Part shown: one piece after another, positions 1 to 12,289 of the stretch
Position numbering within the stretch: position 1 is the stretch's first letter
How the letters are laid out: the number at the start of each line of letters is the position of its first letter
Assembly: GCF_009914755.1 (NCBI RefSeq)
Contig: NC_060928.1
Direction: 5' to 3' (one strand)
Length of the DNA stretch: 64,000 nucleotides
Source: the human T2T-CHM13v2.0 reference genome, Homo sapiens
Program-made: the position numbers and the translations under genes
Notes under the pieces: generated by a model
Database searches by the model: none
The model's input: only the letters and a program-made list of their open reading frames with translations
Told to the model about the DNA's origin: nothing

Positions 1-1050
1 TTTAAGTCTGGGCCAGGAACAATGGTAATTGTGGGAGACTCAACAAAGAGTGAGTATAGCTGAAGGAGCCAGGAAGCAGAAAGTATATGTGTCAGGTATG
101 AGGAAGAAAATAGATTTTGGAAGTTGTGAGAACTGTAGAGAGTGAGTTGAGCATAGTTTGTGATTTTGAGGGCCTCTAAAAGTATTAAAGCAGCAGCAGC
201 TGCTGCACGCAAACATGAGGGCTAGGCTAAAACAGTAAGGTCAAGTTGTTTGGACAGAAAGGCTACAGGGTGTGGTCCTGGCTCTTGTATAAGAATTCTG
301 ACCACGCTAACCATGCCTAGGAAGGAAAGGAGTTGTTGTTTTGTAGAAGGTGCTTGGGTTTGAGAGATCAGTCGAACACGATTGGCAGGGAGAGCACATG
401 TGTTTTTATGAGAATTATGCCGAGATAGGTAACAGATGAGGAAGAAATTTGGGCTTGATTGAAGTAATGGGGGCTGTCTGTGAAGCCTTGCGGCAGTACA
501 GCCTAGGTAATTTGCTGAGCTTGATGGGTGTCAGGGTCAGTCCAAGTGAAAGCGAAGAGAGGCTGGGATTAAGGGTACAAAGGAATAGTAAAGAAAGCAT
601 GTTTGAGATATAGAACAGGATAATGGGTTGTAGACGCAGGTAGTGAGGATAGGAGAGTATATGGGTTTGGCACCACGGGGTGGATAGGCAAAACAATTTG
701 GTTGATAAGGCACAGATCCTGAACTAACTTGTAAGGCTTGTCTGGTTTTAGGACAGGTAAAATGGGGGAATTTGTAAGGAGAATTTATAGGCTTTAAAAG
801 GCCATGCTATAGCAGGCAAGTGATAACAGGCTTTAATCTTTTTAAAGCGTGCTGCAGGATGGGATATTGGCGTTGAGTGGGGTAAGGGTGATTAGGTTTT
901 AATGAGATGGGAAGGGGTGCATGATCAGTCGCCAAGGAGGGAGTAGAGGTATCTTATACTTGTGGGTTAAGGTGGGGGGGATACAAGAGGAGGATGCAAA
1001 GGAGGCTTTGGATTGGGAAGAAGGGCGGCAATGAGATGTAGCTGTAGTCC
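1..1050 (-). pseudogene. HERV-H pol (reverse transcriptase) remnant with stops and YXDD region deleted
   Basis: Manual translation SPILPVLKPDKPYKLVQDL...LYP*SQPLFAFTW...IT*AVLPQGFTDSPHYFNQA runs directly into QISSSSVTYLG at about 451, with no YXDD motif between. Confidence 0.85.
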
Positions 1051-1089
1051 AGGAATAGTCAGGGAAGCAGATAATTTAGTTAAAGTGTC

Positions 1090-1314
1090 TCAGCCTAATA
1101 AGGGAACTGGGCAGGTGGGGATAACTAAAAAGGAGTGCTTAAAAGAGTATTGTCTAAGTTGGCACCAGAGTTGGGGAGTTTTAAGAGGTTTAGAAGCCTG
1201 GCCGTCAATACCCACAACAGTTATGGAGGCAAGGGAAACAGGCCCTTGAAAAGAAGGTAATGTGGAGTGGGTAGCCTCTATATTGATTAAGAAGGGGACT
1301 GACTTACCTTCCAC
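1090..1314 (-). pseudogene. HERV-H protease remnant
   Basis: ORF ...PFLINIEATHSTL...VVGIDG...F.HSFLVIPTCPVPLLG matches the retroviral aspartyl protease pattern; the catalytic DTGA reads NIEA. Confidence 0.85.
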
Positions 1315-1394
1315 TGTGAGAGTTACCCAAAGCTCGGCATCCGTGATGGTCTATGGGGCTTCCGAGGTGATCGGGCAGCGTCAGTCTTCAGCCG

Positions 1395-1721
1395 CTAAGC
1401 CGAGAAGGAGTCAGTCAGAGAGCCTTGGGCCAGAGTTCCAGGGGCTCTGGGAGTGGCTGCCAGGTGAGTTGAACAGTCCAATTTCCAGTGGGGTCCCGCA
1501 CAGATGGGACACGGCTTAGGAGGAATCCTGGGCTGCAGGCATTCCTTGGCCTGGTGGTCAGATTTCTGGTACTTGTAGCAAGCTCCTGTGGGAGGAGGTT
1601 CTGGAGGAACGCCTGGCCGCTGCGGTTCAGGCGTTTGGAAGTTCTTGTGTGCTGGAGATGTGGCTGGGGTTTGTCTCACAGTGGAGGCCAGGAATTGCAA
1701 CTTTTTTCTATTATTGTACAC
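1395..1721 (-). pseudogene. HERV-H gag C-terminus (nucleocapsid) remnant
   Basis: CYKYQKSDHQAKEC (degenerate) and CPICAGPHWKLDC (intact CCHC) zinc knuckles. Confidence 0.85.
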
Positions 1722-3254
1722 CTTGAAGGCGAGGTTAATTAAATCCTGTTGTGGGGTTTGAGGGCCAGAATTTAATTTTTGGAGTTTTATTTAATGTCGG
1801 GAGCAGATTGGGTAATAAAATGTACATTGACAATAAAATGGCCTTTTGACCTTTTAGGGTCTAGGGCTGTAAAGCGTCTCAGGGTTGCTGCCGAACGAGC
1901 CATGAACTGGGCTGGGTTTTTATATTTGATGAAAAAGAGCCTAAACGCTATCTGATTTGGGATAAAGAAAAAGGAGCATTAACCTTGACTATGCCTTTAG
2001 CTCTAGCCACCTTTTTAAGGGTAAATTGCTGGGCAGGTGGGGGGGGCTAGTCACAGAACGAAACTGTAAGCCAGACCAGGTGTGAGGAGGGGAGGCGATG
2101 AAAAGATTACAGGGTGGAGGAGTGGAGGCTGAGGAAGAATTGGGACCTAGCTTCGGCTGGCGAGGAGGGAAGAGGTCACATGGGTCTGTAGAAAAGGAAG
2201 ATTAGAAAGACTCAGCGACGCTTGGGGTTGGCACTGAGGGGACAGGCAGGAGGGAAAGAAGGAAGATTTGGGATGAGTTGCACTGGGCACAGAGACTAGG
2301 AAGGGACTGATGTGTAAAAGAATGCCTGGACGTCAGGCACCTCAGACCATTTGCCCATTTTACGACAAGAGTTATTTAGATCTTGTAGGATGGAAAAATT
2401 GAAAGTGCCGTTTTCCGGCTATTTGGAACTACTGTCGAGTTTGTATTGGGGTCAAGCAGCATTGCAGAAGAAAATAAGGCATTTAGGTTTTAGGTCAGGT
2501 GTGAGTTGAAGAGGTTTTAAGTTTTTGAGAACACAGGCTAAGGGAGAAGAAGGATGAATGGAAGGTGGAAGCTTACCCATAGTGAAGGAGGCAAGCCCAG
2601 AAAAAAGAGTAGAGACACGGAGAAGGGGTGGGGGGTTCTTGCCCTCCAGAAAAGCAGAGAAGGGGTTGGGGCACGGAAATAAGGGATTGGGGCACAGAGA
2701 TAAGAGGTCAGGGTGTGGAAATAAGGGATTGGGGCTCAGAGATAAGAGGTTGGGGTGCAGAAATAAGCAATTGGGGGGTTCTTGCCCCCTAGGAAAGCAG
2801 GACTTGCCACTAAGGGTGAAGGAGAAGGGGTTGAGGGGTACTTGCCCCTGCCCCAGGAAAGCAGGACTTGCTGCTAAGGGTGAAGGACCAAGGCAGGCCT
2901 CCCTGCAATGATTAAACACCAAGGGAAGGCTGCCTTCCCAGTCCGTGACCAGCGCCGGAGTTTTGGGTCCACGGATAAAACGTGTCTCCTTTGTCTCTAC
3001 CAAAGGAATTGAAAGGAATTGAAATTAAGAGAAGGGAGAGATTGAAGTGTGGCACCAAGACTGAAAGGAGAAAGAGGTTGAGGGATAGTGAGGGAGGTTG
3101 GAGAAGAGAGTAAAAAGAGGCCACTTACTGGATTTGAAATTGGTGAGATGTTTCTTGGGCTGGTCGGTCTGAGGACTTGAGGTCATAGGTGGATCTTTCT
3201 GATGGAGCAAAGGACAAGAGGACAGGAGATTGATCTCCCAAGGGAGGTCCCCCG

Positions 3255-3272
3255 ATCCGAGTCAGGGCACCA
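3255..3272 (-). promoter_or_regulatory. HERV-H primer binding site (tRNA-His type)
   Basis: Minus strand reads TGGTGCCCTGACTCGGAT immediately after the LTR end; one mismatch to TGGTGCCGTGACTCGGAT. Confidence 0.92.
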
Positions 3273-3274
3273 AA

Positions 3275-3381
3275 TTTTATGAGCGTCGGTGTGAAGAGAC
3301 CACCAAACAGGCTTTGTGTGGGCGATAAAGCTGTTTATTTCACCTGGGTGCAGGTGGGCTGAGTCCAAAAAGAGAGTCAGC
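3275..3381 (-). mobile_element. LTR7 (HERV-H 5' LTR), R-U5 only; U3 and TATA absent
   Basis: Minus strand GCTGACTCTCTTTTTGGACTCAGCCCACCTGCACCCAGGTGAAATAAACAGC...TGTTTGGTGGTCTCTTCACAC; upstream sequence switches abruptly to THE1-int. Confidence 0.9.
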
Positions 3382-3772
3382 TGAATGTTTTGCTGCTCAG
3401 AAATTTCTTCCACCAGTTACCCTAAATCATCTCTCTCAGTTCTAAGTTCCACAAATCTCTAGGGCAGGGGCAAAATGCCACCAGTCTCTTTGCTAAAACA
3501 TACCATGAGTCACCTTTGCTCCGGTTCCCAACAAGTTCCTCATCTCCATCTGAGACCACTTCAGCCTGGACCTTATTGTCCATATCACTATCGGGCTTTT
3601 GATCAAAGTCATTCAACAAGTATCTATTGAGTTCCAAACTTTCCCACATTTTTCTCTCTTCCTCTGAGCCCTCCAAACTGTTCCATCATCTGCCTGTTAC
3701 CCATTTCCAAAGTCACTTCCACATTTTCAGCTATCTTTTCAGGAACACCCCACTCTACTGGTATCAATTTAC
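3382..3772 (-). mobile_element. THE1 internal (MaLR), 5' part
   Basis: Minus strand begins GTAAATTGATACCAGTAGAGTGGGG after the LTR; ORF 3422-3676 is typical THE1-int translation (EVVSDGDEELVGN). Confidence 0.92.
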
Positions 3773-4112
3773 TGTATTAGTCCATTTTCATGCTGCTGAT
3801 AAAGACATACCCAAGACTGGGCAATTTACAAAAGAAAGAGGATTACTAGACTCACAGTTTCACTTGGCTGGGGAGGTCTCACAATCATGGCAGAAGGTGA
3901 AAGGCCCATCTCACATGGCAGCAGACAAGAGAAGAGAGCTTGTGCAGGAAAACACCCCCTTATAATAACCATCAGATCTCATGAGACTTACCATCACGAG
4001 AAAAGCACAGGAAAGACCTGCCCCCATGATTCAATTACCTCTCACCAGGTGCCTCCCACAACACATGGGAATTCAAGATGAGATTTGGGTGGGTCATAGC
4101 CAAACCATATCA
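3773..4112 (-). mobile_element. THE1 (B/C-like) 5' LTR
   Basis: Minus strand TGATATGGTTTGGCT...CTAATACA termini, about 340 bp. Confidence 0.95.
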
Positions 4113-6150
4113 GCATCCATATTGGAAAAAAGGAAGTCAAACTATCTCTGTCTGTTGATGATATGACCTTATGCCTAGAAAACCCTAAGGACTCCTAGAT
4201 TTGGTGAATGAATTCAGTACAGTCTCAGGTTACAAAATCAATGTACACGAATAAGTAGCACTGCTATACAACAATGACTGATCTGTGAATCAAATCAATA
4301 ACTCAATCCCTTTTACAATAGCGCCAAAAAAAATAAAATACTTACAAATACACTTAACCAAGGAGGTAAAATATCTCTACAAGGAGAACTATAACACACT
4401 GTTAAAAGAAATCATAGATGACACAAACAAATGGAAATATGTCTCAGGTTCATTAACTAGAAGAATCAATATTGCAAAAATGACCATGCTACTTAAAGCA
4501 ATCTACAGATTCAATGAAATGCCTATGAAAATACCAATGACATTCTTTACAGAATTAGAAAAAAAAAACTAAACTTCATATGGAATCAAAAAAGAGCTCG
4601 AATGGCCAAAGCAATCCTAAAGTAAAAGAATAAATCTGGAGGCATCACATTACCTGACTTCAAATTATTCTACAAGGCTATAGTAACCAAAACAGCATGG
4701 TACTGGCATAAAAACATACATAGACCAATGGAACAGAAAAAGAACCCAGAAATAAAGCCAAGTACTTACAACCAACTGATCTTTGACAAAGCATACAAAA
4801 ACATTAACTGGGGAAAGGACACCCTATTTCCCCTATTCAATAAATGGTGCTGGGAAAATTGGACAGCCGTATGTAGAATAATGAAACTGGATCCCTATCT
4901 CTACCACATACAGAAATTAAGATGGACTAAAGACTTAAATCTAAGACCTGAAACCATAACAATTCTAGAAGAAAACAGGAAAAACTCTTCTGGACATTGG
5001 CCTAAGCAAAGAATTTATGATGCAAACCCCAAAAGCAAAGGCAACAACAACCAAAATAAATAAATGGGGTATAATTAAATTAAAAAGCTTCTGCATAGCA
5101 AAAGAAATTATCATCAGAGTGAACAGACAACCTACAGAATAGGAGAAACTGTTTGCAAACTATGCATCAACAAAGGACTAATATCCAGAATCTAAAAGGA
5201 ACTCAAATAAATCAGCAAGAAAAAAACAAATAATCCCATTAAAAAGTAGGCAGGTGACATGAGTAGACATTTCTCAAAAGAAACTTTACAGATTGCCAAT
5301 AAACATATAAAAAAATGCTCAACATCACTGATCATCAGGGAAATGCACATTAAAACCACAATGAGATACCACCTCACCCCAGCCAGATTGGCTATTAGTA
5401 AAAAGTCAAAAACCAATAGACGTTGGCACAGATGTGGTGAAAATGGTACATTTATACACTTTTGGTGGGAACATAAATTAGTACAACCTCTATGGAAAAC
5501 AGTATGAAGATTTCTCAAAGAACTAAAAGTGGATCTACCACTTGATCCAGCAATCCCACTGTTGGGTATCTACCCAAAGAAAAAGAAATAATTATATCAA
5601 AAAGACACCTACTCACATGTGTTCACTGCAACACAAGTCCCAGTTGCAAAGATGAGGAATCAACCTTAGTGCCCATCAACTATTGAGTGGATTTTTAAAA
5701 AGTTATATATATATATAAAATATACACACACATATATATACACACATTACATTTTATGTATTTGTATTAGTATATATAGAGAGATATATAGATATATATA
5801 CACCACATTTACATACACACACTACTCAGCCATAAAAAAGAATAAAATAATGTATTTTGCAGAAACTTAGATGGAACTGGAGCTCATTATTCTAAGTAAA
5901 ATAACTCAGGAATGGAAAACCAAATACCACATGTTCTCACTTACAAGTGAGAAATAAGCTAAGACAGGTATATTGGACATTGGAGACTCAGAAGGTGGGA
6001 GGGTAGGAGGGTGTTGAGGAATGAAAAATGATCTACTAATGTATAATGTACACTACTCAGGTGACAGATACACTAAAATCCCAGAATTCACCATTATATA
6101 TAATTCATCCCTGTAACCAAAAAACACTTGTACCCATAAAGCTATTGAAA
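4113..6150 (+). mobile_element. L1 (L1PB/L1MA-age) 3' ORF2 and 3' UTR, broken
   Basis: ORF2 fragments ([19 protein letters not shown]); 3' end ...cacttgtacccataaagctattgaaa; TA/CA microsatellite at about 5703-5822. Confidence 0.9.
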
Positions 6151-7554
6151 TTTCTTTTTAAATTTTTTAAAGAAATGCCACGATTGCTTGTATGTTCATT
6201 TTGTATCCTAAAACTTGACTAAATTTGTTTATTAGTACTAACAGGTTTTTTGGTGGAATTAATAGGGTTTTACACATAGACATCACACCATCTGCAAACA
6301 GGGACAATTTGACTTTTTCCTTTCCAATTTGGATGCTCTATTTCTTTCTCTTGCCTTATTGCTTTGGCTAAGACTTAGATCTTGGAGGAAAAGCTTTCCA
6401 ATTTTTCCCATTCAGTATCATTTTAGCCATGGGTTTGTCATATGACCTTTATTGTGTGGAGATGCCTTCCTTCTATGCCTAATTTGTTGAGCATTTATCA
6501 TGGAGAGATGTTGAATTTTATTAAATGCTTTTTCTGTATCTATTCAAATGGTAATGTGGTTTTTGCCCTAAATTCTGTTAATGTGATGTATCATATATAT
6601 TAATTTGCATATGTTGAACCATCCTTGCCTCCTTGGGATGAATCCCATTTGATCATGGTGAATGATCTTTTTAATATGCTGTTGAATTTGTTTTTCTAGT
6701 ATTTCATATCCATATTCACCACAGATATTGACCTGCAGATTTTTTGTTGTGTCCCTGTCTGGTTTTGGTATAAGGGTAATGTTGGCCTTGAAGAATGAAT
6801 TTGGAAAAATTCCCTCCTCTCCAATTTTTAGAATAGTTTGCAAAAGATTCATATTAGCTTTTCATTAAATGTTTGTTAGAATTCAGCAATGAAGCCATCA
6901 GGTCCTGGGCTTTTCTTCGGTGGGAGACTTTTTATCACTGATTCAATCTTATTAGTCATTATTGGTCTATTTAAATTTCCCAGTACTTCATGATTCAATT
7001 TTGGTAGGCGGTATGTGTCCAGGAACTTATCCATTTCTTCTAGGTTTTCCAATTTGTTGGTGTACAGTTGTTCAAAATAGTCTATCATAATGATCCTTTT
7101 GATTTTTGTGGTGTTAGTTGTAATGTTGCCTTTTTCATCTCTGATTTTATTTATTTGGATCCTCTTTCTTTTTTCTTAATCTAGCTAAGGGTTTGTCAGG
7201 TTTATTTATCATTTCAAAAACTCAACTCTGTTTCTTTGGCCTTTTATACTGTTTCTTTAATCTCTATTTTAGTTTTTTCTGCTCTGATCATTTTCATTTC
7301 CTTCTACTACTTTTGGGTTTTGTTTATCCTCATTTCTCTAATTTCTTAAGTTGCAATATTAGACTGAGATCTTTCTAATTTTTTGAAGGAGGCATTTATT
7401 GTTATAAACTCTCCTCTTAAGATGACTTTTGCTGTGTCCCATAAATTTTGGTATGTTGTTTTTTTCATTTTCATTTGTCTCAAGACATTGCTTTTAATCT
7501 TAGAAATCTTTAATTTAAAGAATATGGTATATCTTCAAGATTATAAACATTTGT

Positions 7555-9586
7555 TTAACTTTTATTTTAAGTTTAGGGGTACATGTGCAGGTTTGTTGTA
7601 TAGGTAAACTTATATCATGGGGGTTTGTTGTACAGATTATTTCATCACTCAAGTATTAAGCCTAGTACCCATTAGTTATTTTTCCTGATCCTCTCCCTCC
7701 TCCCATCCTTTACCCTCCAATAAATCCGTGTTTCATTTTCCTCTATGTGTACATATGTTTTCACGTTTTAGCTCCCACTTATAAGTGAGAACATGCAGTG
7801 TTTGGTTTTCTGTTCCTGTGTTAGTTTGCTAAAGATAATGACCTACAACTACATCCATGTTTCTGCAAAGGACATGATCTTGTCCTTTTTTATGGCAACA
7901 CAGTATTCCATGGTGTATATGTACCACATTTTCTTTATCCAGTTTACTATTGATGGGCATTTAGGTTGATTCCATGTCTTTGCCATTGTGAATAGTGCTG
8001 CAATAAACATACACGTGTGTGTATCTTTATGATAGATTGATTTCTATTCCTTTGAGTATATACCCAGTAATAGGACTGCTGGATTGAATAGTAGTTCTGT
8101 TTTTAGTCTTTGAGGAATTGCCACACTGTCTTCCACAATGGTTGAACTAATTTACACTCCCACCAACAGCATGTAAGCATTTCTTTTTCTCCACAACCTC
8201 ACCAGCAAGTTACTTTTTGACTTTTTAATAATAGCCATTCTGACTGGTGTGAGATGGTATCTCATTGCAGTTTTCGTTTGCATTTCTCCACTGATCAGTG
8301 AGGTTGAGCTTTTTTCATATGATTGTTGGCCACATGTATGTCTTCTTTTGAAAAGTGTCTGTTCATGTACTTTTCCCACTTTTTAATGGGGTTGTGGGAT
8401 TTTTCCTATAAATTTGTTTAAGTTCCTTATAGATGCTTGATATTAGACCTTTGTCAGATGCATAGTTTGCAAATGTTTTCTCCTATTTTATAGGTTGTCT
8501 GTTTACTCTGTCGATGGTTTCTTTTGCTGTGCAGAAACTCTTCAGTTTCATTAAATCCCATTTGTCAACTTTTGCTTTTATCGTGATTGCTTTTGGCATT
8601 TTCATCATGAAATCTTGGCCTATTCCTATGTCCAGAATGGTATTGCCTACATTGTCTTCCAGGTTTTTAGTTTTACATTTAAGTCTTTAATCCATTTTAA
8701 GTTAATTTTTGTAGATGGTGTAAGAAAGAGGTACTGTTTCAATCTTCTGCGTATGGCTAGCCAGTTATCCCAGCACCATTTATTGAATAGAGAGTCCTTT
8801 CCCTATTGCTTGTTTTTGTCAGCTTTGTGGAAGATCAGATAGTTGTAGGTGTGTGGCCTTATTTCTGGGCCCTCTATTCTGTTCCATCAGTCTGTATGTC
8901 TGTTTTTGTACTAGTACCATGGTGTTTTGGTTACTGTAGCTGTAGTATAGTTTAAAATTGGGTAGTGTGATGTCTCCAGCTTTGTTCTTTTTGCTTAGGA
9001 TTGCCTTGGCTATTCAGGATTTTTTGGTTGTTCTTTCATATAATTTTAAAGTAGTTTTTTTTTTAGTTCTGTGAAGAATGTCATTGGTAGTTTAATAGGA
9101 ATAGCATCGAATCTATAAATTGCTTAGGGCAGTATGACCATCTTAATGATATTGATTCTTCCTCTCCACGAGCATGGAAAGTTTTTCCATTTGTTTATGT
9201 CATCTCTGATTTCTTTGAGCAATGTTTTGTAGTTCTTTTTGTAGAGATCTTTCACCTCCTTGGTTAGCTGTCTTCCTAGGTATTTTATTCTTTTTATGGC
9301 AGTTGCAAATGGGATAGTGTCCCTGATTTGGCTTTCAGCTTGATTGTTGCTAGTGTATAGGAACGTTAGTGATTTTTGCCATTGATTTTGTATCCTGAGA
9401 TTTTCTCAAGTTGTTTATCAACTTAAAGATCTTTTGGGCTTAAACTATGGGGTTTTCTAGATATAAGATCATGTCGTCTGCAAACAGGGATAATTTGACA
9501 TCCTTTCTTCCTTTTTGGATGCCCTTTATTTCTTTCTCTTGCCTGATTGCCCTGACCAGGATTTCCAATACTATGTTTAATAGGAG
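7555..9586 (-). mobile_element. 5'-truncated L1PA (about PA13 age)
   Basis: Older L1PA-type 3' UTR (gggtacatgtgcaggtttgtt...aagcctagtaccc) and ORF2 C-terminal fragments. Confidence 0.88.
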
Positions 9587-9818
9587 TAGAGTTTCCAAAG
9601 TTATTTCTGCTATTGATTTCTAATTTCAGTCCATTATGGCCAGAAAAGATGCTTGACATAAATTCTGTTTTTGTAAATTTGTTGAGACTTGTTTTGTGCC
9701 TAACATGTTATCTATCTTAGAGAAAGTTTAATGTGTTGGTGAGTGGAATGTGTATTGTGCAGCTGTTGGATGGAATGTTCTGTAAATGACTGTTAGAACC
9801 ATTTTATCTAGAATGCAA

Positions 9819-9927
9819 TTTTTTTTTTTTTGAGAGAGTCTTGCTCTGTCACCCAGACTGGAGTGCAGTGGCATGATCTTAGCTCACTGTAGCCTCCGCC
9901 TCCTGGGTTCCAGTGATTTTCCTGCTA
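9819..9927 (-). mobile_element. 5'-truncated Alu fragment
   Basis: Poly-T plus right-arm Alu sequence, flanked by tgcaattt repeats. Confidence 0.85.
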
Positions 9928-10104
9928 CGGTGCAATTTAAATCCACTGTTTGTTTGTTGATTTTCTGTCAGGCTGATCTCTCCATTGCTGAAAGTGAGGT
10001 GGTGAATTTCCCTACTATTATTAGATTGAAGTCTATGTCTCTCTTTAGATCTAATGATATTTACTTTACATATTTTAGTGCTCTGGTGTTGGGTGCAGAT
10101 TATT

Positions 10105-10431
10105 TGTTTCTTTTTTTCTTTCTTTACTTTTTTAAAATTTTTTTATTTTTTTGATACAAGGTCTCACTCCATTGCCCAGGCTGGAGTGGAGTGGTGCAAT
10201 CATGGCTCATTGCAGTGTTGACCTCCTGGGCATAAGCAATCCTCCCACCTCAGCCTCCTGGGGCCTGGGACCACAGGCGTGCACCATCATGCTCAGCTAA
10301 TTTTTGTATTTCTAGTAGAAACAGGGTTTGTCATGCTTCCCAGGCTGGTCTTGAACCCCTGGGCTCAAGCAATCCACCCTCCTTAGCCTCCCAAAGTGCT
10401 AGGATTACAGGCGTGAGTCACTGCACCTGGC
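10105..10431 (-). mobile_element. AluJ-type
   Basis: Dimeric Alu with ctcctgggc/aagcaatcc J-type features. Confidence 0.9.
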
Positions 10432-11399
10432 AAATGTTTTTATAGTTGTTATATTCTCTTGCTAAATTGACCACTTTATCATTATGTAATGATAGCTTTG
10501 TCTCTTTTTACAGTTTTTGACTTAAAGTTTATTTTATGTAACATAAATATAGCTACTCCTGCTCCTTTTGGCTTCCATTTTCATGGAATATTATTTTCCA
10601 TCCCTTTACTTTCAGTCTATGTGTGTCCTTACAGGTGAAGTAAGTCTCTTGTAGGCAACATATACTTGAGTGGGTTTGTTTTTTTTTTTAATCCATTCAG
10701 CCACTCTATTTTAACTGCAGAATTTAATTCTTTTACATTTAAGGCTATTATTAATAAATACAGACATATTCCTACAATTCTGTTAAATTTTTTCTGGTTA
10801 TTTTGTAGATCTTTTGTTTCTTTCTTCCTCTCTTGTTGTTTACCTTTGTGGTTTGGTTTGTTTCTATAGTGATAAACTTTGATTCCTTTCTCTTTCTCAT
10901 TTGTGTATCCACTGTAAATTTTTTCCTTGTGGGTACTCTGGGTTTACAAAAAAATCTTATAGTAATAAAAGACTACTTTAAGCTGATAACAATTGAACTT
11001 TGGTCACATACAAATATTCTAGACTTTTACTCTCTTCCCCACAATTCGTAATTTTGTTATCTTAGTTTATATCTTCTCATATTGTATATTCCTTAACAAT
11101 TTGTTGTAGCTATGGTTATCAATGACCACTTTAACACTTAACCTTCACTCTAGAGATTTGAAAGATTATATACTATCATTAAAGTAATGGATTATTCTGA
11201 ACTTGATTATGAGTTTACCTCTACCACTGAGTTTTATACTTTTATATGATTTTATAGTGATTAACATCTCTTCACTTCTGTTTGACGCTCTTCTACAATA
11301 CTCAGTCTTCCATTATTCCCAACTCGGCCCCCACTCCCCACCGCTTGCTGCTTCCAGTGTATTTTTTATCTTAGAAATTATAGTTTTCTTCTCTCAAAA

Positions 11400-12289
11400 T
11401 TTGGAGAAATTTTCATCTCTTTTATGTTGCAACACATTCTATCTTTCCTTTAGCTTTTTTAATTTATGGCATATAGTTCTAATAACTGTCCTTATCTGCT
11501 AATGCTAATAGCTGTGTCATTCTGGATGAGTTTTGATTGATCTTTCTCCTCATTATGCATGATATTTTCTTGCTTCTTGGTGTGCCTGGTAATTTTTTAT
11601 TCAGCCTCAGCATTGTGAAATTTATCTTATTGGTCACTCGATGTTTTTTGTGTTCTTATAAACATTTTTAGTTTTATTTAAACTTTTGGGTCTTGCTTTT
11701 AAATTTGTTAGGTGGGGCTAGAGCTGTGTGTAATCTAGAACTAAACTACTTTATCCAAGACCCTATAAATTAGGAGCTTTCCTAGTCTCACTGAGGTAGC
11801 AGGCCCTATTCCTACCCCTATGGGAGCCCTGGGTGTTGTTACCTCTAATCCTTTTGATAGATTATTTCCCCAGCTTCAGGCAGTTTCCTCACATGTCTGT
11901 GCTGATCAACACTCAGCTGAGGATTTTAGAATGACCCTCTGCAGATATCTGGAGGTCACTGTGCAGCTTTAATCTAGTCAGATTTCTCTCCTGCAAACTC
12001 TAGCCACTTCAATCTCTCTGACCTCTTAATTCCATTTCCTTAACTCTAGGAACATGCTAGGTACCCCCTGAGTTCTCCCATCCTGTGCCACAGCCTGGCA
12101 ATTCTCTCACAGCAATAAGCTGAAGCAGTCCTAGGGCTTACCTCTTGTTCTCTCCGGTATCATTGTCTTTTGTGGCCTTATGTCCAATGTCTTGCAAATC
12201 ATCATTTCATGTATTTGTCTATTTGGGATTTTTATTTTAATTACTTCCAGCAGAAGGAACTATCCAGTCCCTATTCATACATCTTGATC
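11400..12289 (-). mobile_element. Highly diverged L1M 5' region (probable)
   Basis: Resembles ancient L1M 5' ends (ccctctgcagatatctgga...ccagtccct...catcttg); weak, by eye. Confidence 0.5.

Larger units (their letters stand above)
1..3274 (-). mobile_element. HERV-H internal region (leader, gag, pro, 5' pol), continues beyond window start
   Basis: His-type PBS at the right end. Minus-strand translations give gag zinc knuckles, a protease-like segment and RT motifs (YKLVQDL, LPQGFTDSP). HERV-H leader repeats at about 2660-2890. Confidence 0.95.
6175..11260 (-). mobile_element. Old L1M ORF2 region, interrupted by an L1PA and two Alus
   Basis: Minus-strand ORF2 fragments ([31 protein letters not shown]); the sequence resumes at about 9590. 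Confidence 0.85.

Noticed and set aside
2452-3003. 183-aa ORF and roughly 20/39-bp repeats that could suggest a CRISPR-like array
   Set aside because: These are ordinary HERV-H leader tandem repeats with no unique spacers; the DNA is primate.
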